64,000 bases of DNA. Source: Paraphysomonas bandaiensis. Its lineage: Eukaryota; Protista; Chrysophyceae. The notes beneath the pieces were generated by a model. The model saw only the letters and a list, made by a program, of their open reading frames with translations. It had not been told where the DNA came from and did not search any database. Positions 14,201-28,500 of this stretch are shown here, piece by piece. The stretch is taken from the NCBI GenBank assembly GCA_965644295.1, contig CBFFRP010000363.1, positions 124,001 to 188,000 of the forward strand. Direction: 5' to 3'. Position 1 is the stretch's first letter; every line of letters starts with the position of its first letter. Both the position numbers and the translations under genes were made by a program.

Positions 14201-17200
14201 GTGCCTATTGAGGCCTTGTCATTCCCATTGACACTGAAAGAACGAAACATGAAATCTCTTGAAAACGATGAAGAAAACACCGAGTTCAAGTTGAGTGTCG
14301 CCAACTTTTATCATCTCGATTACGAACTCCACATAAAAGAAGCATTGGCTACGTTTAGTATGCACAAAGTGATAAGCGAATACTTTAGGGAGCAGATTCG
14401 TGTGTATGCGGAGATGTGCTTAGATCGTTGCCACAGAACAACTGTCAAATTGTCCGAGATATTTTCATTCAATATGATGTTTAGCGGGATGGCCAACACT
14501 GCACTTTGCTATGGATATCGAGGGGCATTTACGTCTTTGTTGCGAACCTTAATTGTAGACCAGTTTCCCCATCTGGAGAACTGTGGCAGCTATAGACTAC
14601 CTCATAGCGTGAACATATATCACCGCATTCTTGAAAAGATTGATATAGATGACTGCGATGAGTCACTCCCCAAGTTTTCTATTCCTACTGCTCATGGGGG
14701 TGCTGAGGAGATGTATCGATATGCCACACCCAAGAAGCTCGAGCTAATATTGGTCTACTGCAATGCATACTTGTCTAATATTCATGGGGAGCAATGCTGT
14801 GCCCCCAGTTTCAAGGATAAGAACTACTGCACTCTCACTGTACTTGATATGATTGATAGCCTTCTGTCGTTCGGGTTTTATGACTCGAGAAAGGTTTGGC
14901 GTAGAATCAGTGGCCGACTATGTTTGATGTGCTTGCACAGGAAATTAAAGCTGTGGTTGGTCCTATGATGTTACTATTAGATGGAAGATTGATGACAGAA
15001 ACACCTGATGAAAAGCCAGGTTAAAGAAAGCAAATGTATGTCGATCGTGCTTTATTTTTGTATTAGGTGTGGGTTCGCTGGATTATGCGAGGAAGTCCGT
15101 CAGTATCAGAGCTGAGAAGCGATATACAATTCAAGAGAATGCGGCCGAGATTATCAGTGCCAAGTTTTCTATTTTAAGAATACTTCGCTACATCAAGAAC
15201 ATTCGTGGTCAATATAGACTCGATAAATTTTTGAAGATATTTGCCAAAGTGAATTCTGATAGGCGAAAGACATTTAATTCTGCTATTGGTCCGATTTTAG
15301 CAACATTGGCGGATGACAGTTTGAGCATTTCTACGGTATACCTATATATTTTAGTGTAGCGGCTTGTTTAACTTTATTCCTGCAGTTGGCCAATATGGAC
15401 TACACTGACACGATATTTGTTGACCTCATGATGTATGAAGATGAAGATTTATTCGAAAAAGTTCTTACATGCTTGATTGAAGAACACGAAATCACGAAAT
15501 CCCTAATTCAAAACTGCAAGCACGTTTACATGCTGTACGACGAGAAGTTAGATGAGCCGATGAACAGTTACGACGAACTAGTTGGTGATCTATGGTATTT
15601 GCGACAACTATTCGAGAAACCTAATGTTTGGGCTGGGGGCAATGTGTATGATTTTGACGCACAGAAGTTCAAGGAAGCTACTAATATTCTCGTGCGTCTT
15701 CGAAAATATTTGTACAAAGGCGATGACACTTATGCAGATCAGGACCCTACAACAAGGCTTCCTCATGGGTCAGAAGGATTACAGGAGTTTTTGTTCTCAA
15801 TGAATGTGCACAATATTTTGGTTGAATGCCTGGATTGGATAGCTGATGACAGTCATAGTGACCCCGACTACGTGCCCGTATTCTCATGGACAATGATGGA
15901 AAGCGCTCTTGCGGCGGATGAGGTCTCCCCGGAGCAAATAGTTTGCGGGTCTCTGATGCTACTTTGCGATTTAGTATGTGACAAAAGTCGTCCGTACTTT
16001 TCGAAAATATTCACAATACCATTTATTGAGAGGCTGTCTGAAAAAATGTATTTGCGCAAGTATATCTATGAAATTGTAGTGGAAATATACCGTGGCTCTG
16101 TGGTAAATGTTCTTTCAGTGCCATCAGATGTGATGGAGCTATTTGCATCTCTGCTAGACATTAGAGAGTACCGGAATGTTGCCATGAGATTTTTTGAAGA
16201 GATGTTATGTCCAGACGAGTACGATGAGACCCCTGTACCGAAAAATCAAGCTGCAGTGTGCGAGATACTTCTTGCTAGCAAAGATACATTTGTTATTGAC
16301 CAAAGTCACGTAGCTAAACCAATCAGCGTGAAACTAGGCCTATATATATCCTACATCAACTTATTGAGTGCTTGCTGTAAAGACAACAGCCACAACCGAG
16401 ACATGACTCGATTCTTGTTTCCGTGGTACACTGTTCTTGACCGAATTGAGGACGTTGTACATGCAATATGTAATGCCACATGTCCTACTGAGAATTTGTT
16501 TTTACACGTTGCATTGCTAGATGCTTATGTGGATATATTTTGTGTTATTTCATTGAACCCCTTGTCAAATAACGAAGAAGTAGTCAATAGCAAGCGGTTA
16601 CTGCACTTGATTCAGTACTTATTGGCCCTTATCCACGACGAAATGGTCCCTGGTGGAAAGTTTACACTTTTTGTGGAACCTATTATTCGCTTGGCGAGAG
16701 GTTACCTCGCGGTGACTAAAATTGTCGACAAGTTCGTGGATATTGCAGTGAAGAACATATGCTACCGCATTGTCGAATCCTGTGATGACGCTATTTGGAG
16801 TACGACTAAAGTTTTATGTATGTCTATATGCGATGAAAAGGGATTAGGTGTGAACAAAGATAATTTCAAGACAGGGTGTCTGAACCCTCCAGTGGCGCCA
16901 ACTCGCGTGTCCGCCTGTTCTCACTACAAGTCAGCTCGCAAACGTCTGGTCTGTGTATACGATATGGATCGAATAGCGGAGCACGGGTTTGAATGTGCCA
17001 AGCCTCCTCCAACTCGGAAGGTTTCAATGTTTGTTGACGGCATGGATAAACGTGACATCATGCTTCCTGCTTTACTGGACCAACCTTCTATAGAAATCAA
17101 TAAAGACGAAAAGATCCAGCAATTTCAAGATTTCATTGACCAGAGCGATATTACTGATGTGGCAGTACATGATGCTGGTAGCAGTGAAAATATTGACGAT

Positions 17201-20200
17201 GCAGGAAGACGCGGCATTTCTGGTAATTGTGTACCCACCATAACCCTAGATCACATGCTTTAAACACTAAATAGTTTTAGAACTAATGTGGTAAATGTGA
17301 TAACGTTTATTTAGGAGGGCTGCGCAGGGTCGATGGCCTTCTCACAAGTGCTGTTTCTGGTGGCATTGGGGCTGTAAGCGGTGGGCTTGCTGGAGCAATG
17401 AGTGGTGGTTAGTACCAGAATACCTTATTTTATCTTGTTTATCTCATTGTTGTCATGTTTACAGTGTCTGCCGTTGCGGGGGCTGCAGGGGGGGTACTCT
17501 CTCATGTCGAAATGGAGATGGGAGGTATGTTGGGGGCAAGAACTTCTCGCAGATGTAGCGAGGCGATGAAAGATCAGCAACTACAACGAAATTTAAAAGA
17601 TTTCACGAAGCATATGACAAACAATGAACAGATTAAAGCGGAATTGGTCAAAGAGAAATTGAGCGTGATCGAAATATTGATGAATGCTCACAAGCTGACA
17701 GACCCGAGAGATGTCGAGTATCAGCAAACTTTTGCAGATAGAGTGAACAGAGACGAGGAATCTACCATAACTGATGAACCTCACCGAAGGAAAACCAAGC
17801 GCAAGTCTTTTACAAACGCAATTGTGTCTGGTTTCGATGGCCTGGCGGGTGCATTAAATCTTTCTTCTCAATCTCGAAGAGGTTACTATTTCAGTTATGT
17901 CATCGAAGGATAACCTATGTAATGTTTTGTAGTAATTGAAGTACGACGCAATGTGATACATTGGAACGATATTGTGCGTCGAATGATTCGACATATTGAT
18001 TACAAAAACGATCGTGGTGAAGCTGATAGTGAAAGTAGTGTGTGCAACAATATTATTCACCTCCTGAATCTATTTTTGGAAGAAGGGGAGAATGACGGTG
18101 AAGTGTGATGTTTTGGTAAATGCTTGTCATGATTGTGCTGTAGAGAATGAGGCTTTTTCAACATTAGAGAATCGACAAAATAATCTCAACAGCCTGGATA
18201 TTATGGCGTTGGGATACCGATTAGTTAAATCAACTATTAAGGGGTGCGTTGGATTTCTAACTTCTCAATTATTGCCTCATCGTATGTCTATAGACCCATA
18301 TATGCAAACGCATTGAAGTTGATGACTACAATGTTTTTGGACGGTTGAACTTGTTAATCATATTGGAGATGTTCTAACAATTTGTATTAAGGTAATACCC
18401 ACAGCCAGCAAGCGGTTCTCGACTACATGCACAGTACAGATTCGAATGACAGCGATGGACAATTTTTCAAGAATATTTATGACTCCATTGACCAGGCCTC
18501 TGTTTGGTAGACAGTTTGAGCGTTAGGCATTCTTATACTGATGATACATAATACTATAGGGTGCGCAAGCGACAATTTTTCCAGTCGACCCTGTCTCTTG
18601 AATCCGGGTACTTAGTAACTAAAGTAATTGCGAATGTGTAATCATTTTTTTCTAGTGAACAACGGTTAAGCGCGTCTGACAAGGAGGAAATAAAAGAAAT
18701 ATGTGCTGTGTTGTCATTTTTGCAAGGCTTTTGTGAGGGTCACAACCTTGCTGCCCAAAACTGTCTAAGAGAGCAGGTATTTTTGCACAGGCAATGTATT
18801 TTTGTATGAGACTAATGTACTGCATGTAGCCGTTCAACCGACGCAACTATAATATTATTGCTGCTGCAAATGATCTTCTTGAAGCTTTAGTGCCTCGTCG
18901 CGATATATACGAGTCGATCGGAATTCTGCAGTTCACAGTGCTAGGTTTACTTCTTGACTTCCTCATTGAGTCCATTCAAGGTAGTTGTGTAGTCTTATTA
19001 TTGATTACAGCTTGACTCCTGCTCTTTCAGGACCATGCTCCGCTAACCAGCTGCTGTGTGCACAAAAAAAGACTCTAGAAGTGTGCAAGCAGATTTTGTC
19101 TGCCAAAGATCTACCTTACATCCCGAAGCAACTAAAACTGAGTTGTAAATTCAAGGCTATTACTCTTCTCGCTGCTCTCTTGGAGTGTCGTTACGACGAT
19201 GCAATCGAGAAAATGATGATAGTCAAGGTCGAGCTTTACATTTTAGATGCATTTGGGGTAGAGCTTCGCGAAGAATTTTCCCGCCTCACAACATTACAAG
19301 ACAAGAAGCGTCACATCGATGCTTCCAATTCATTCCCGCTGCTAAAAATGATAGGACACTATCGTGAATTGGATGAAGAGATGGCAGAGCTGGAAAATGC
19401 ATCTAATGCTGACCAGGCCATGTGTCCAGCAATCGAAGATGAGGATGAGAACGAAGACGATGATTTGGCAGATTACAAGTCTGTTGCCACTGCTGTGACT
19501 CACTATAATCCTATGGAACACGTGGATACAGAAATAGCTGATATTAAATTTGCTATTATGAATTTATTTAAGGTAAATAAGTGTTAATGGTGGAATTCGT
19601 GCTTCGATAATGAGAAATAGGTTACTAAAAAGCTGGAGATGGTGGCATCGCAACAATCTGAGTCATTGACCACATTTAAAACTTCTGAAAAATTTAAAGA
19701 CGATATTGAGGAGAGCAAAAAGACTTTTGAATCTATGATGTGCGAGGTAGATATCTTTTGGAATGGAAAGGTAAGCAGCGTGACCTGAAGTCCTGTGTGT
19801 CAGCTCTGTGGCACAGGTCGAACGTGTCATATTTCCGCTACCTCGAGAAGCAACTGATCTGTCGGAAACAACCAAGATTGAGTTCATGAATAACTGTGAC
19901 TTGACTAATCGAGAAGGTCGTTTGAAGGAGCTCATGGATATGGCTCCAGAATTTTATGATGAGATGCGAGTGTATAACTATCTCTCTCGTGGTCCGTTAT
20001 ATGGGTGGCTACTTGACAATTACTTTTACTTCAAAATGTTTACCTTGGTATTGGTGTCTCTCTTGGTTTTGAGTATTTTATTTGGACACACGAGTCAGTC
20101 TCCCAGACTAAGTGAATATCGAAATAAGGGTTCTGAAGACTTCACAATTATATTTGTGCTGTCGTCGTGCATATGCTATTTCATTTTGTTTCTGTACTGG

Positions 20201-21562
20201 TTTGTGCCACGCATCGCTATGAGTGCCTATAGACTGCGCGTGGAAGGACCCATGGAGTATGATAAAAACAGCAACCCCAAGGATCGCATGCGCAGAATTC
20301 TTGCAAATTATGATTGGGGAACACTCGTGCTGCCCTTTGTCACATTTCCGTTTTTGTTGGTAGTCTACGCTACTCACTATACTGGCTATTTAGGTAACGG
20401 AGAAATGGATTCGTCTTATCTGATTGAGAAATATGTCGTAATTACCTGCGCTATATATGGATTTTGGCTGCCGTTTGCTGTTCGCAAGGCTATATTAGTT
20501 CCAAACAATTTCATCGAGGAAATGTTTTGTATTGTTCTGGATACTCTTGTCGACTGGTCTATAATTGAACACCTCGGTTGCTTACTCCTGTTGATACTGG
20601 GTTACAAGTATGTGTATTTTTACTGTTTGGTTCTTCTTGATTGGATATCACTCTCCGAGCACATGAAAAACGTTGTACGCAGTGTAATTCGTCCGCTGAA
20701 GTCGCTGTGTAGCGTATTTGCCCTTTTCATATTTGTGATTTTGATATTCTCGATGATTGGCTTCTTTGTTTTTGACGAGTCATACAAGATAACGGAGGAA
20801 GAATTGGAAGCGACAGGAACTGGAGGTGTTGAAAATGATCCTGCTCAGTATTGTTCTTCGCCAATGTCTTGTGTTTGGACTGTCGCCTATGGGGCAGTGA
20901 GGGCGGGAGATGTTGCAGAAATTATGGACGATATTTCTCCCGATCAAGGGTCTCATTATTATGCTCGACTTCTTTTCGACATGGCTTTCTTTGTTATTCT
21001 CGGTGTTCTTCTATTTGACATGGTTACTGGAATTATCGTGGATACTTTTGTTTCACTGAGAGAAGAAACGTGTGAGAAAGAGAACGTAATCCACAATGAA
21101 GTATTTATATCAGGTACGACTCAAAGTTGTTTTGACTTTGTAACTTCACAGCTGCAAGTTTGCTATATGTTCACATGTTATCATCTTACTATAGGCATCA
21201 CCAGAGATATGTGTGCTGATAAAGGTGTCAGTTTCAAAGATCACCAAGATATTCATCAACACACTTGGAACTACATTTACTTTTATGGTCAGTAAAATCT
21301 ATCTCAAATATTGTATCTGAGGTACATTTTTTGTGCAGCCTACCTTCGCGAGGCAGATAAAACGCTTCTAGATGGCGCTGAGCAATATGCTTGGGACCGA
21401 ATGCAAAATGGAGATGCATCATGGTTCCCCCGACTGACTAGTTCTGTGTTCCAAGGACTTGCAGATGAAAAGGAGGAAGAAGATAAGCTCTCAGAACTAT
21501 CGCAGCGCCTCTCTAGCATCGAGTCTACAATGGCCGAAATAGTTGCCAAATTGAACAAGTAA
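11232..21562 (+). CDS. ITPR: Inositol-1,4,5-trisphosphate receptor / ryanodine receptor family Ca2+ release channel (many short introns)
   Basis: N-terminal beta-trefoil/MIR signature LYGNVVQLQHVLSGMFLS; RIH-type segments (NQEQC, MCLDR); RIH-associated LCEGHNLAAQNCLREQ and ESIQGPC..NQ; six-TM region ending RLLFDMAFFVILGVLLFDMVTGIIVDTFVSLREE; C-terminal HTWNYIYF..YL...GAEQY...SWFP and coiled coil. Confidence 0.92.
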
Positions 21563-22074
21563 ATTTTGTGACATTGCAGTAGTGAACTAAGATATGCCTT
21601 TACAACACTGATATGCAACACACAGTTGATTCGGTTGAAATAAGTATAAATTCATCTTGTGTTTATCATTGACCACCCTACCTCCTTCCTCCATAAGTTT
21701 GAACTGTATCTTTAAGGTAAATCATTTACAATTCACCGTACTTCCTATTCCAGACCTGAAGTAAGGGGTAAGGGGTGTCAATAGATAGTATGACATACAC
21801 AACGACGAAAAAAATTAAATTTTACACACGTTTACATGATATTATCAACTGCGAGCACGCGGTCGTAGTAGTAGATTTAAAATATTATTATCCCCATTTG
21901 CCTCTAAAGAGTGCTTTTTGAGCCGACCTGAATTGGGTTCAACTTAACGCTCAATTCAGCACCGGGAGAATATCAAATATAGACATTCAACTGAAATATT
22001 CGGTTCGAACAGAAGCTCTCCTCTATCTTTATTAAGAGTCATTTTTGTATGAGGTTTCTTTCTCTTATATTATA

Positions 22075-22460
22075 TAATTGTAGGACAACCACAATGACGA
22101 GTCAACTTTCAAGTGAGATCATTAAACACTCCAAGTTATATTCCGTCCTTCGTCTGATGTAGATCATTATTCTGATAGTGCAAGTGATCTGCCTCCTATC
22201 TTCAGAGCCTGGATTTTGCAACAATACTTCTATAATATTTCTGGAGTATTCTTACATCATATATGATGCCGAAAGTGATTTTTGGAGCATTGGCACCGAG
22301 CCACTTCATAGTCTGGGTCAGGTCGTGCTTATCAGGATTGTGATAGCGGTTGAGCCAGTTGAACTAGAAGAGGTTAAGCCCGACCCACACTTAAACGTGC
22401 TGATGATACTAGTAACGAGAAGAAGCCTGGTGCGACTGCTATTCTTCATGTTCATCATCA
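22075..22460. repeat. Dispersed degenerate repeat, copy A (other copies 49593-49957 inverted, 50329-50445 direct)
   Basis: Shared blocks such as gagtcaactttcaa, ttatattccgtc(c/a)ttcgtctgatgta and gcaacaatacttct with 50329-50445. Reverse-complement blocks such as cagatcacttgcact and ggaatataacttg match 49593-49957. Confidence 0.7.
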
Positions 22461-23145
22461 CCCTCAACAAAGTCGGACTCGCACCTTTTCGTGGAGTTCT
22501 GGGGGATAAGTACCGGAGAGATTCTCTCTGGAAACTAACGTGAGCCGAAACATAGTCAGCAGATATCCTTCTGCCCACTCATAGCCGAATAATTGTGTAG
22601 ACATCTTTGGGCCCTGATCCGGGAATGGGCCCACTTGAAGGGTAAGTAACCGGGGTATTGGGCTGCCTGCATGATAAAACGAACAATTTAATTCAGAATA
22701 ATTATCACGATTATGAAAAGAAGTGAGTAGTACCTGTTACGATCTATATAATATATATAAGTGACATCTATTTAATAAGCGGATCAATGAAAAACAGGAT
22801 GATTGTAAGATGTAGTCTACTAGTAAAGTAGTTTTCAAATTAATATCATTTTTCCAGAACTGCTCTGCACACGTCTTTGTATATATATATATATATATAT
22901 ATATATTAGTGATCTTTTCTTCATTAATTCTGACACGTAACACAGGACTAATGAATCGATTACTAATAATATTCTCGAATCACTATTCTCCTGTGTCATA
23001 TTTGCAGTGTGTATATATTGAAAGTCTTATTATTTAGCAATAGGCGTTGAAAACCTGTACCAATGTAGTGGCTAGTTGAATGCTAGTCGTACTATTTAGA
23101 CAGCTACCCATAACTACTCAGCACAAATTTTATTATCCTACTTTT

Positions 23146-24990
23146 TGGCTGCTTGTGCGTCGCCGCAAGCACCAAGGTGCGACCACTTCCGCTCTTAGTG
23201 TGGATTGCGAGTTTCGCCATTATCGTGTGTCCTAGGACTCACTGGCGCGTCTTGTCAGGGGGTCTCCCCTTGGGGTGAGATTCCACCAGACTCTGAGGAA
23301 CAGGGTTCTGTATTAAGGTACTGAGTGTACCTATTGTTAGGCGTGTGGTCTGAGAGGTGGGTGGTAGGTGGAATGCGGCGTTGTCTCAGTGCACCGTTTG
23401 GGCGTCAGGCATAGGTGAAGTTGCGTCGTTGTCTAGGGCCTGAAGGTTTCATGCGGACTGATAATGTGCTCCTGTATGTGTGAGTGGTAGGGTTTGTGTG
23501 TGCGGTGGGCGTTGGTCCAGTCTCGGGTCGTCTGCAGACTCCTAGTAATCGTAGCACTCTTGAGCATTTCCGTTGCTGTCGACGTGGTGGACGCGATCGC
23601 AAGAGTAGCCTAGGGGGTACTTTTTGTAGGGTAATGTATCGTCGACCTCGATCTTGGATCATGAGTTTTGCTGCAGCAAAAAGCGGGGAAGCAGGCTGAT
23701 GACCGCTAATTCAAGATTACGCAGTCCTTGAGATGTCAGGGACTCATGGATATGATCTCCAAAAACTGTCTCAAGTTGTGCAACGGTGATGGTGCCCGTC
23801 CAGAATCTCTCCACCTGTGGGAGTGAAAGGTTCCAGGCTCTTCCGGAGAGCCGCTGTTGCGCATTATTGGTGGTCCAGACAGCCGCCGCTCCTCCTCGAT
23901 GTGCGCGTGGGTGTACATGCGTGATGTGTCGTGGTGAAAGAGCTACGGGCGTGTATGATCCGTCTGTGAAGATTGAAGTATCAGAATCGGCATCATCAGG
24001 TCCTAGGGTGCGTATAATGTTGGTCAGGGTGTGTGCATCGTGAGGGTCAGCAGGGAGTTCAGGCCGTTGGAGTGTGAGGCCGACCTCAGTACCCCATTCC
24101 CTTAAGCTTAAGGCAAAGTGGTGGTAGTTAGGGTGCGGATCAATTGTCTGTGTAGAAGGAGGAAGTGCGCTGCGTCACCTGCATCCCCACCTAGGGTTAT
24201 GGCGCGCTGTAGGGAGCCCCATTTTTGTTCTTGAGCGGAATCAGAGAAGCGTTTCAATCCTAGTCCATTATGATTGAGGGAGAGGTAGATCAATTCCGTG
24301 GGGTAACCAGGAGACCCAGGCCTAGTGCTTTCCTGTAGAGAGATGCACATGTGGAATCGATGTCCTCTTGTACCATTGTAGGAGACATGATGCTTTGGTG
24401 GCTTTGTAAAGTAGGGTGGGAATGATTTGGGTCTCAATAACCATGACTTTGCAACCAGCTGAGGCCTGCTTGATTCCAAGGTGTGTGCCTGCAGCCTTTA
24501 GGTATTTTGTGCACAAGTGGTATGAGTCTGTGTCAGTAAGCGTCAGTGGTAGGTTTGCTCCTAGATAGTGTATCGATTCGTGAGATGTTTGAAGCGGTAC
24601 AGAGTGAGGTCTCCATTTCCAGTCATATAAGATGATGTGTCCAGTTGGGTTGGCCGGAGGGAGAGGTTCCTGTAAGCGTGGGAATATGGTGCAGATAACT
24701 TTAGGTATCGAGAGCTCCATACCAGAAAAAACGCAGAACACTGACATTCGTACAGCCGTGTCCTGGGCCTGAGAGATAGACGCATCGATTGTGGTGATGT
24801 CGTCCGCAAAGGAGACTTTTTTCTCTGACGTTGGGATAAGAAGGAGTAGTGGTGATGGTGTGAAACTGATCTATGTCTAGCCATGTAAGGATGTCGTGGA
24901 GCGCTACCTAGCCAGGCACATGTGGATTAGGTACCCCCTTGAGTGATACCTCTTGTGGCCTCAAATCCGAGAACGAACCGCAGTGTGTAG
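23146..24990 (-). mobile_element. 5'-truncated, degenerate non-LTR retrotransposon (LINE) with RT and RNase H relics
   Basis: Minus-strand translation gives RGITQGGT*S (RT motif B'), VSFADDIT (catalytic FADD, 24799-24810), GMELSIPKV and IHYLGA, then SIFTDGSY (RNase H first motif, ~23950). It has stops and frameshifts, and ends in a GC stem-loop followed by a short A run. Confidence 0.85.
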
Positions 24991-25558
24991 TGCGGCGGAA
25001 AACTTGGCAGTACTGTTATAAAGTTTTTATTTTATTCATTTGCCAAAACCGAGAGCTGAGAATGACTACAAAGACATTGTTCTTTATCAACTGTGGAATA
25101 GATAACCACGAAAACTAAATCAATCAACTAAAATTTTATAAATTCCTTGCTTCTTCAGTGTACGTAGTACGTTGCTGTTGTTCTAATTGAACTGAGAAGC
25201 ATACTTCTAATGTTTAAGTATTTTTGAATTAGGAAGTTCTTCTGCCTTTGTAACCCATTCGTGCTATTGTGTGCATATAGTATGTCGTAACAACACTTTA
25301 AAAAGACTTCAGTTAAATCAAAATGCAATCCTATATTCAACAGTAGGGACTTGTTTCCACAGAAATACAGAATACTATTTTAAAAGTACACTTGTATTGT
25401 AAATATTTTACGTATTCAAAATTTCTATAAATGAAATTGCTCCTGCAAAGGTAATACAAGACACAGTAGAGAAAACGCTCTGTAAATTTTTCACACTATG
25501 CCCGTAGTAGTCCAATCAGAAGAAATGCATGTTGGTAACTTGTAGTTAACCTAACCTA

Positions 25559-28500
25559 ATAATAATAGATGTGATAAATATAATGCGTGATTTGTAGAAC
25601 GTGTCATACTTCGTCGACGACTCTATCAGTATATCAATAAACTTGACGTGCAGACTGCATAAATCTGATTAAGCAGAAATATCGACTTTAGTAGCGTCTG
25701 TACCCATTCTGCACCTCAAAAGTAGCTAACGGTAACGCTATTGGGGGACTGTGTCGATATCCCAGAAACCACATTCCTCCTCAAAAGTGGTTGTGGTACC
25801 TGAGTGATATCACTGTATGCTATACAACCCTTCTTTCCCACGTCTAGCTCGTCAAAACGATCTAATATCAATGCAATTAACTGAGGCTGTAAAGCTCCTA
25901 TACGAACCAGCATAAGAATGACGAACTCGGTTGAGTCTATATCGCCATCCCCATTTTCCATATTCAAAAGTTTCATTGTATTTATCTCCTCTGCAGTGAT
26001 TCGGGCGGCAAGACGATCATACACAGCCTGTGACCTTGTAAATGAAACAACATAATGCGCTGACATCCCACACGCCAGTGCCATCAACGGCGCCCCGACA
26101 AGTAAATAGATCCCTGCATACAGGTAGTATCGGTCTGGAGAGTCTTGAGGAATTGTCCAGAAGCCACCAGTGGTCATCGCAGACCAGGAAAAGTACAATG
26201 CTTGAATAAACGACCACTTTATGGTGGCACAGCTCACGATCACTCCAACAGCAGTCCACAGCAGAAAAGCTATATGGGTTCTACATTTGGGCAGATAGTA
26301 CGCAATTCCGGCATAGATATCGTCGAATATGCCCTCTGTTGCCGCTGCCTCAATCACCTTTTGTCGCAACATTGCATCCACATACCTATTATGTACATAC
26401 ATACGGGAGGCTATTGTTAGTCAAGTAGAGATGAATTGAGTTGAATACTGATAATATGAATAATATACGCAAAACTAAATCAATGCACAATGAATGCAAC
26501 ACATACGGGCCATATAAAAGCATTTAATGTACAATATGCATACAAAACCCTACTCACCATTCATTCTTCGAATTAGCCAAACTATTGGCCATTAACGCCA
26601 TAATACTAGCTAAACCGACCGTGCCGAACATGTAGTGGAAAATAGTATACACTTTAGTCGTAGTGTCCTGGGATAACTCTGTCCAGAATACGCAGTAGCC
26701 AACACTTATGGAAGTGTACAATCCCTTGGCCAATGATAAGTCCTGGTGAACCGAGTAGAATATAGTACCACTCACTATCCAAAGAATCCTGTACAAATAC
26801 CTCACATTAACGACACCATGTATATGATGTAGCTACAGTTGTAGTGATACGCACAATATGCAATCCATACAATAGAAAACAATCACACAATGGTGACAGA
26901 AGCACAAAGATTATAACACACATGGCAACATTGTGACAGGCAACCGCATTGGCTACTTGTACGAGTATTGTATCCTACTCACCACACCAGTGCAGAACGC
27001 ATGAACGAGCTTCGAAAAACATATAACACTCCTTGAATAATCGTATTTCGATTATACTGCATCGAATCCATAGAACTTGCGACAGCTTTGGTACTATATT
27101 TCAATTGTTTTGCTTCTTTCAGAGAGCCTGGCATGGGCGCCGACACTGCCTCTTTCATACTTGGCCGAGGCTCGTCATTTTCGGCAAAACACTTCTTAGC
27201 AGTCACTGGGTGATATTTTCCGCTGTCACACTCTTCGACCGCGGTACTATGGTTATACATATGTGTATCACATTGGCTGGAGGTATCTTCTTCGCCGCTC
27301 TCAGCTTCCAAAAGATGGAGACAAGCGCTGTCTGTTGTTTGGCTACTATTTGCTATATTCTCAACTTCATCACACACATTATCGCGGTCATCAATATCTT
27401 CATCAGCAACTGGCAGTGGTTCCACTGGGTTTAATCTTGACGTAGGTGATACACCATGGATAGAAATATTACCGCCTGATAAGTAATCGCTTGACATACT
27501 TTTCTCTGTTTCTTCTTCAGAATTGTGTACTTTGGATCGAGTAAATGTGCTCATTTTCCGGCTTAAACTGCTGAAAATATATTGAGACGAAAGTCGTCGT
27601 TTCCGCCTCTCGTGAATAATATCATCACATTTTATTTGCCCGTGGCTTCGTCTGTCCAACATTCGAAATCGTTCGTTGATTTCTCGAATCAATTCCGGAG
27701 ATGCAGCACCAATGCGCACCACTGTAAGCACAATGAACTCTCTTTTATCTATAGTACCGTCTCCATCTTCCAGCCCAAAAGTTGTCATGAACTCAATTTC
27801 CTCAGTTGTAATCGGCGCAGAGAGCTTATCCAACAAAGACAAGTCTTCAGGAGCTAATATTATCATACTTAATATCAACCCTAAAACAAAGTTAGTGGGT
27901 CCCATACATATCACATAGGTGCTCATTGTATACTAGTAATCACATTGTGTGGTATATAGCAGAGTGCTCAGCAAACAAATATCATACCTAAGGATAGTGC
28001 CATCAACGGAACACCCGTGGCTGCGTAGAATGCGGTTATTACATACTTCCAACTAGGCAATCCATTAGGAATGGCTTTGTATCCTCCACTTGATAGAGTC
28101 GACAATGTAAAATCTAAGGCATCACCAATATCCCATTCCGGAACTATCAATAAGCTCCAAATAACTCCAAATACAAGAGAACATATGAACCATAAAAGAA
28201 TTTTTAATTTCGGATAATAGAGTGCATAATACGCCTCGATATCATCATAGATGCCATCACTTTGAATAGCCACCTCCAGCTTCTGCCTCTTCAGTACTTG
28301 CATGGACCAGGAATCTTTGTTGTCCGTTAGCTCTCGAGCAATAAATATAACCATGACGCCAAAAAATATGACTCCGATAGACGAGTGGAATATGGAAAAT
28401 AACATACTACTGGGGGAATTATACTGTGCTGGCGATATTGGTACAGCCCAGCCCATTGACCACCCTATATTTACACTGCAACACATGCATCAGAACAGGC

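Noticed and set aside
21760-21777. GTAAGGGGTAAGGGG and similar short G-rich runs as telomeric repeats or a TIR
   Set aside because: Only two units, and no partner end was found.
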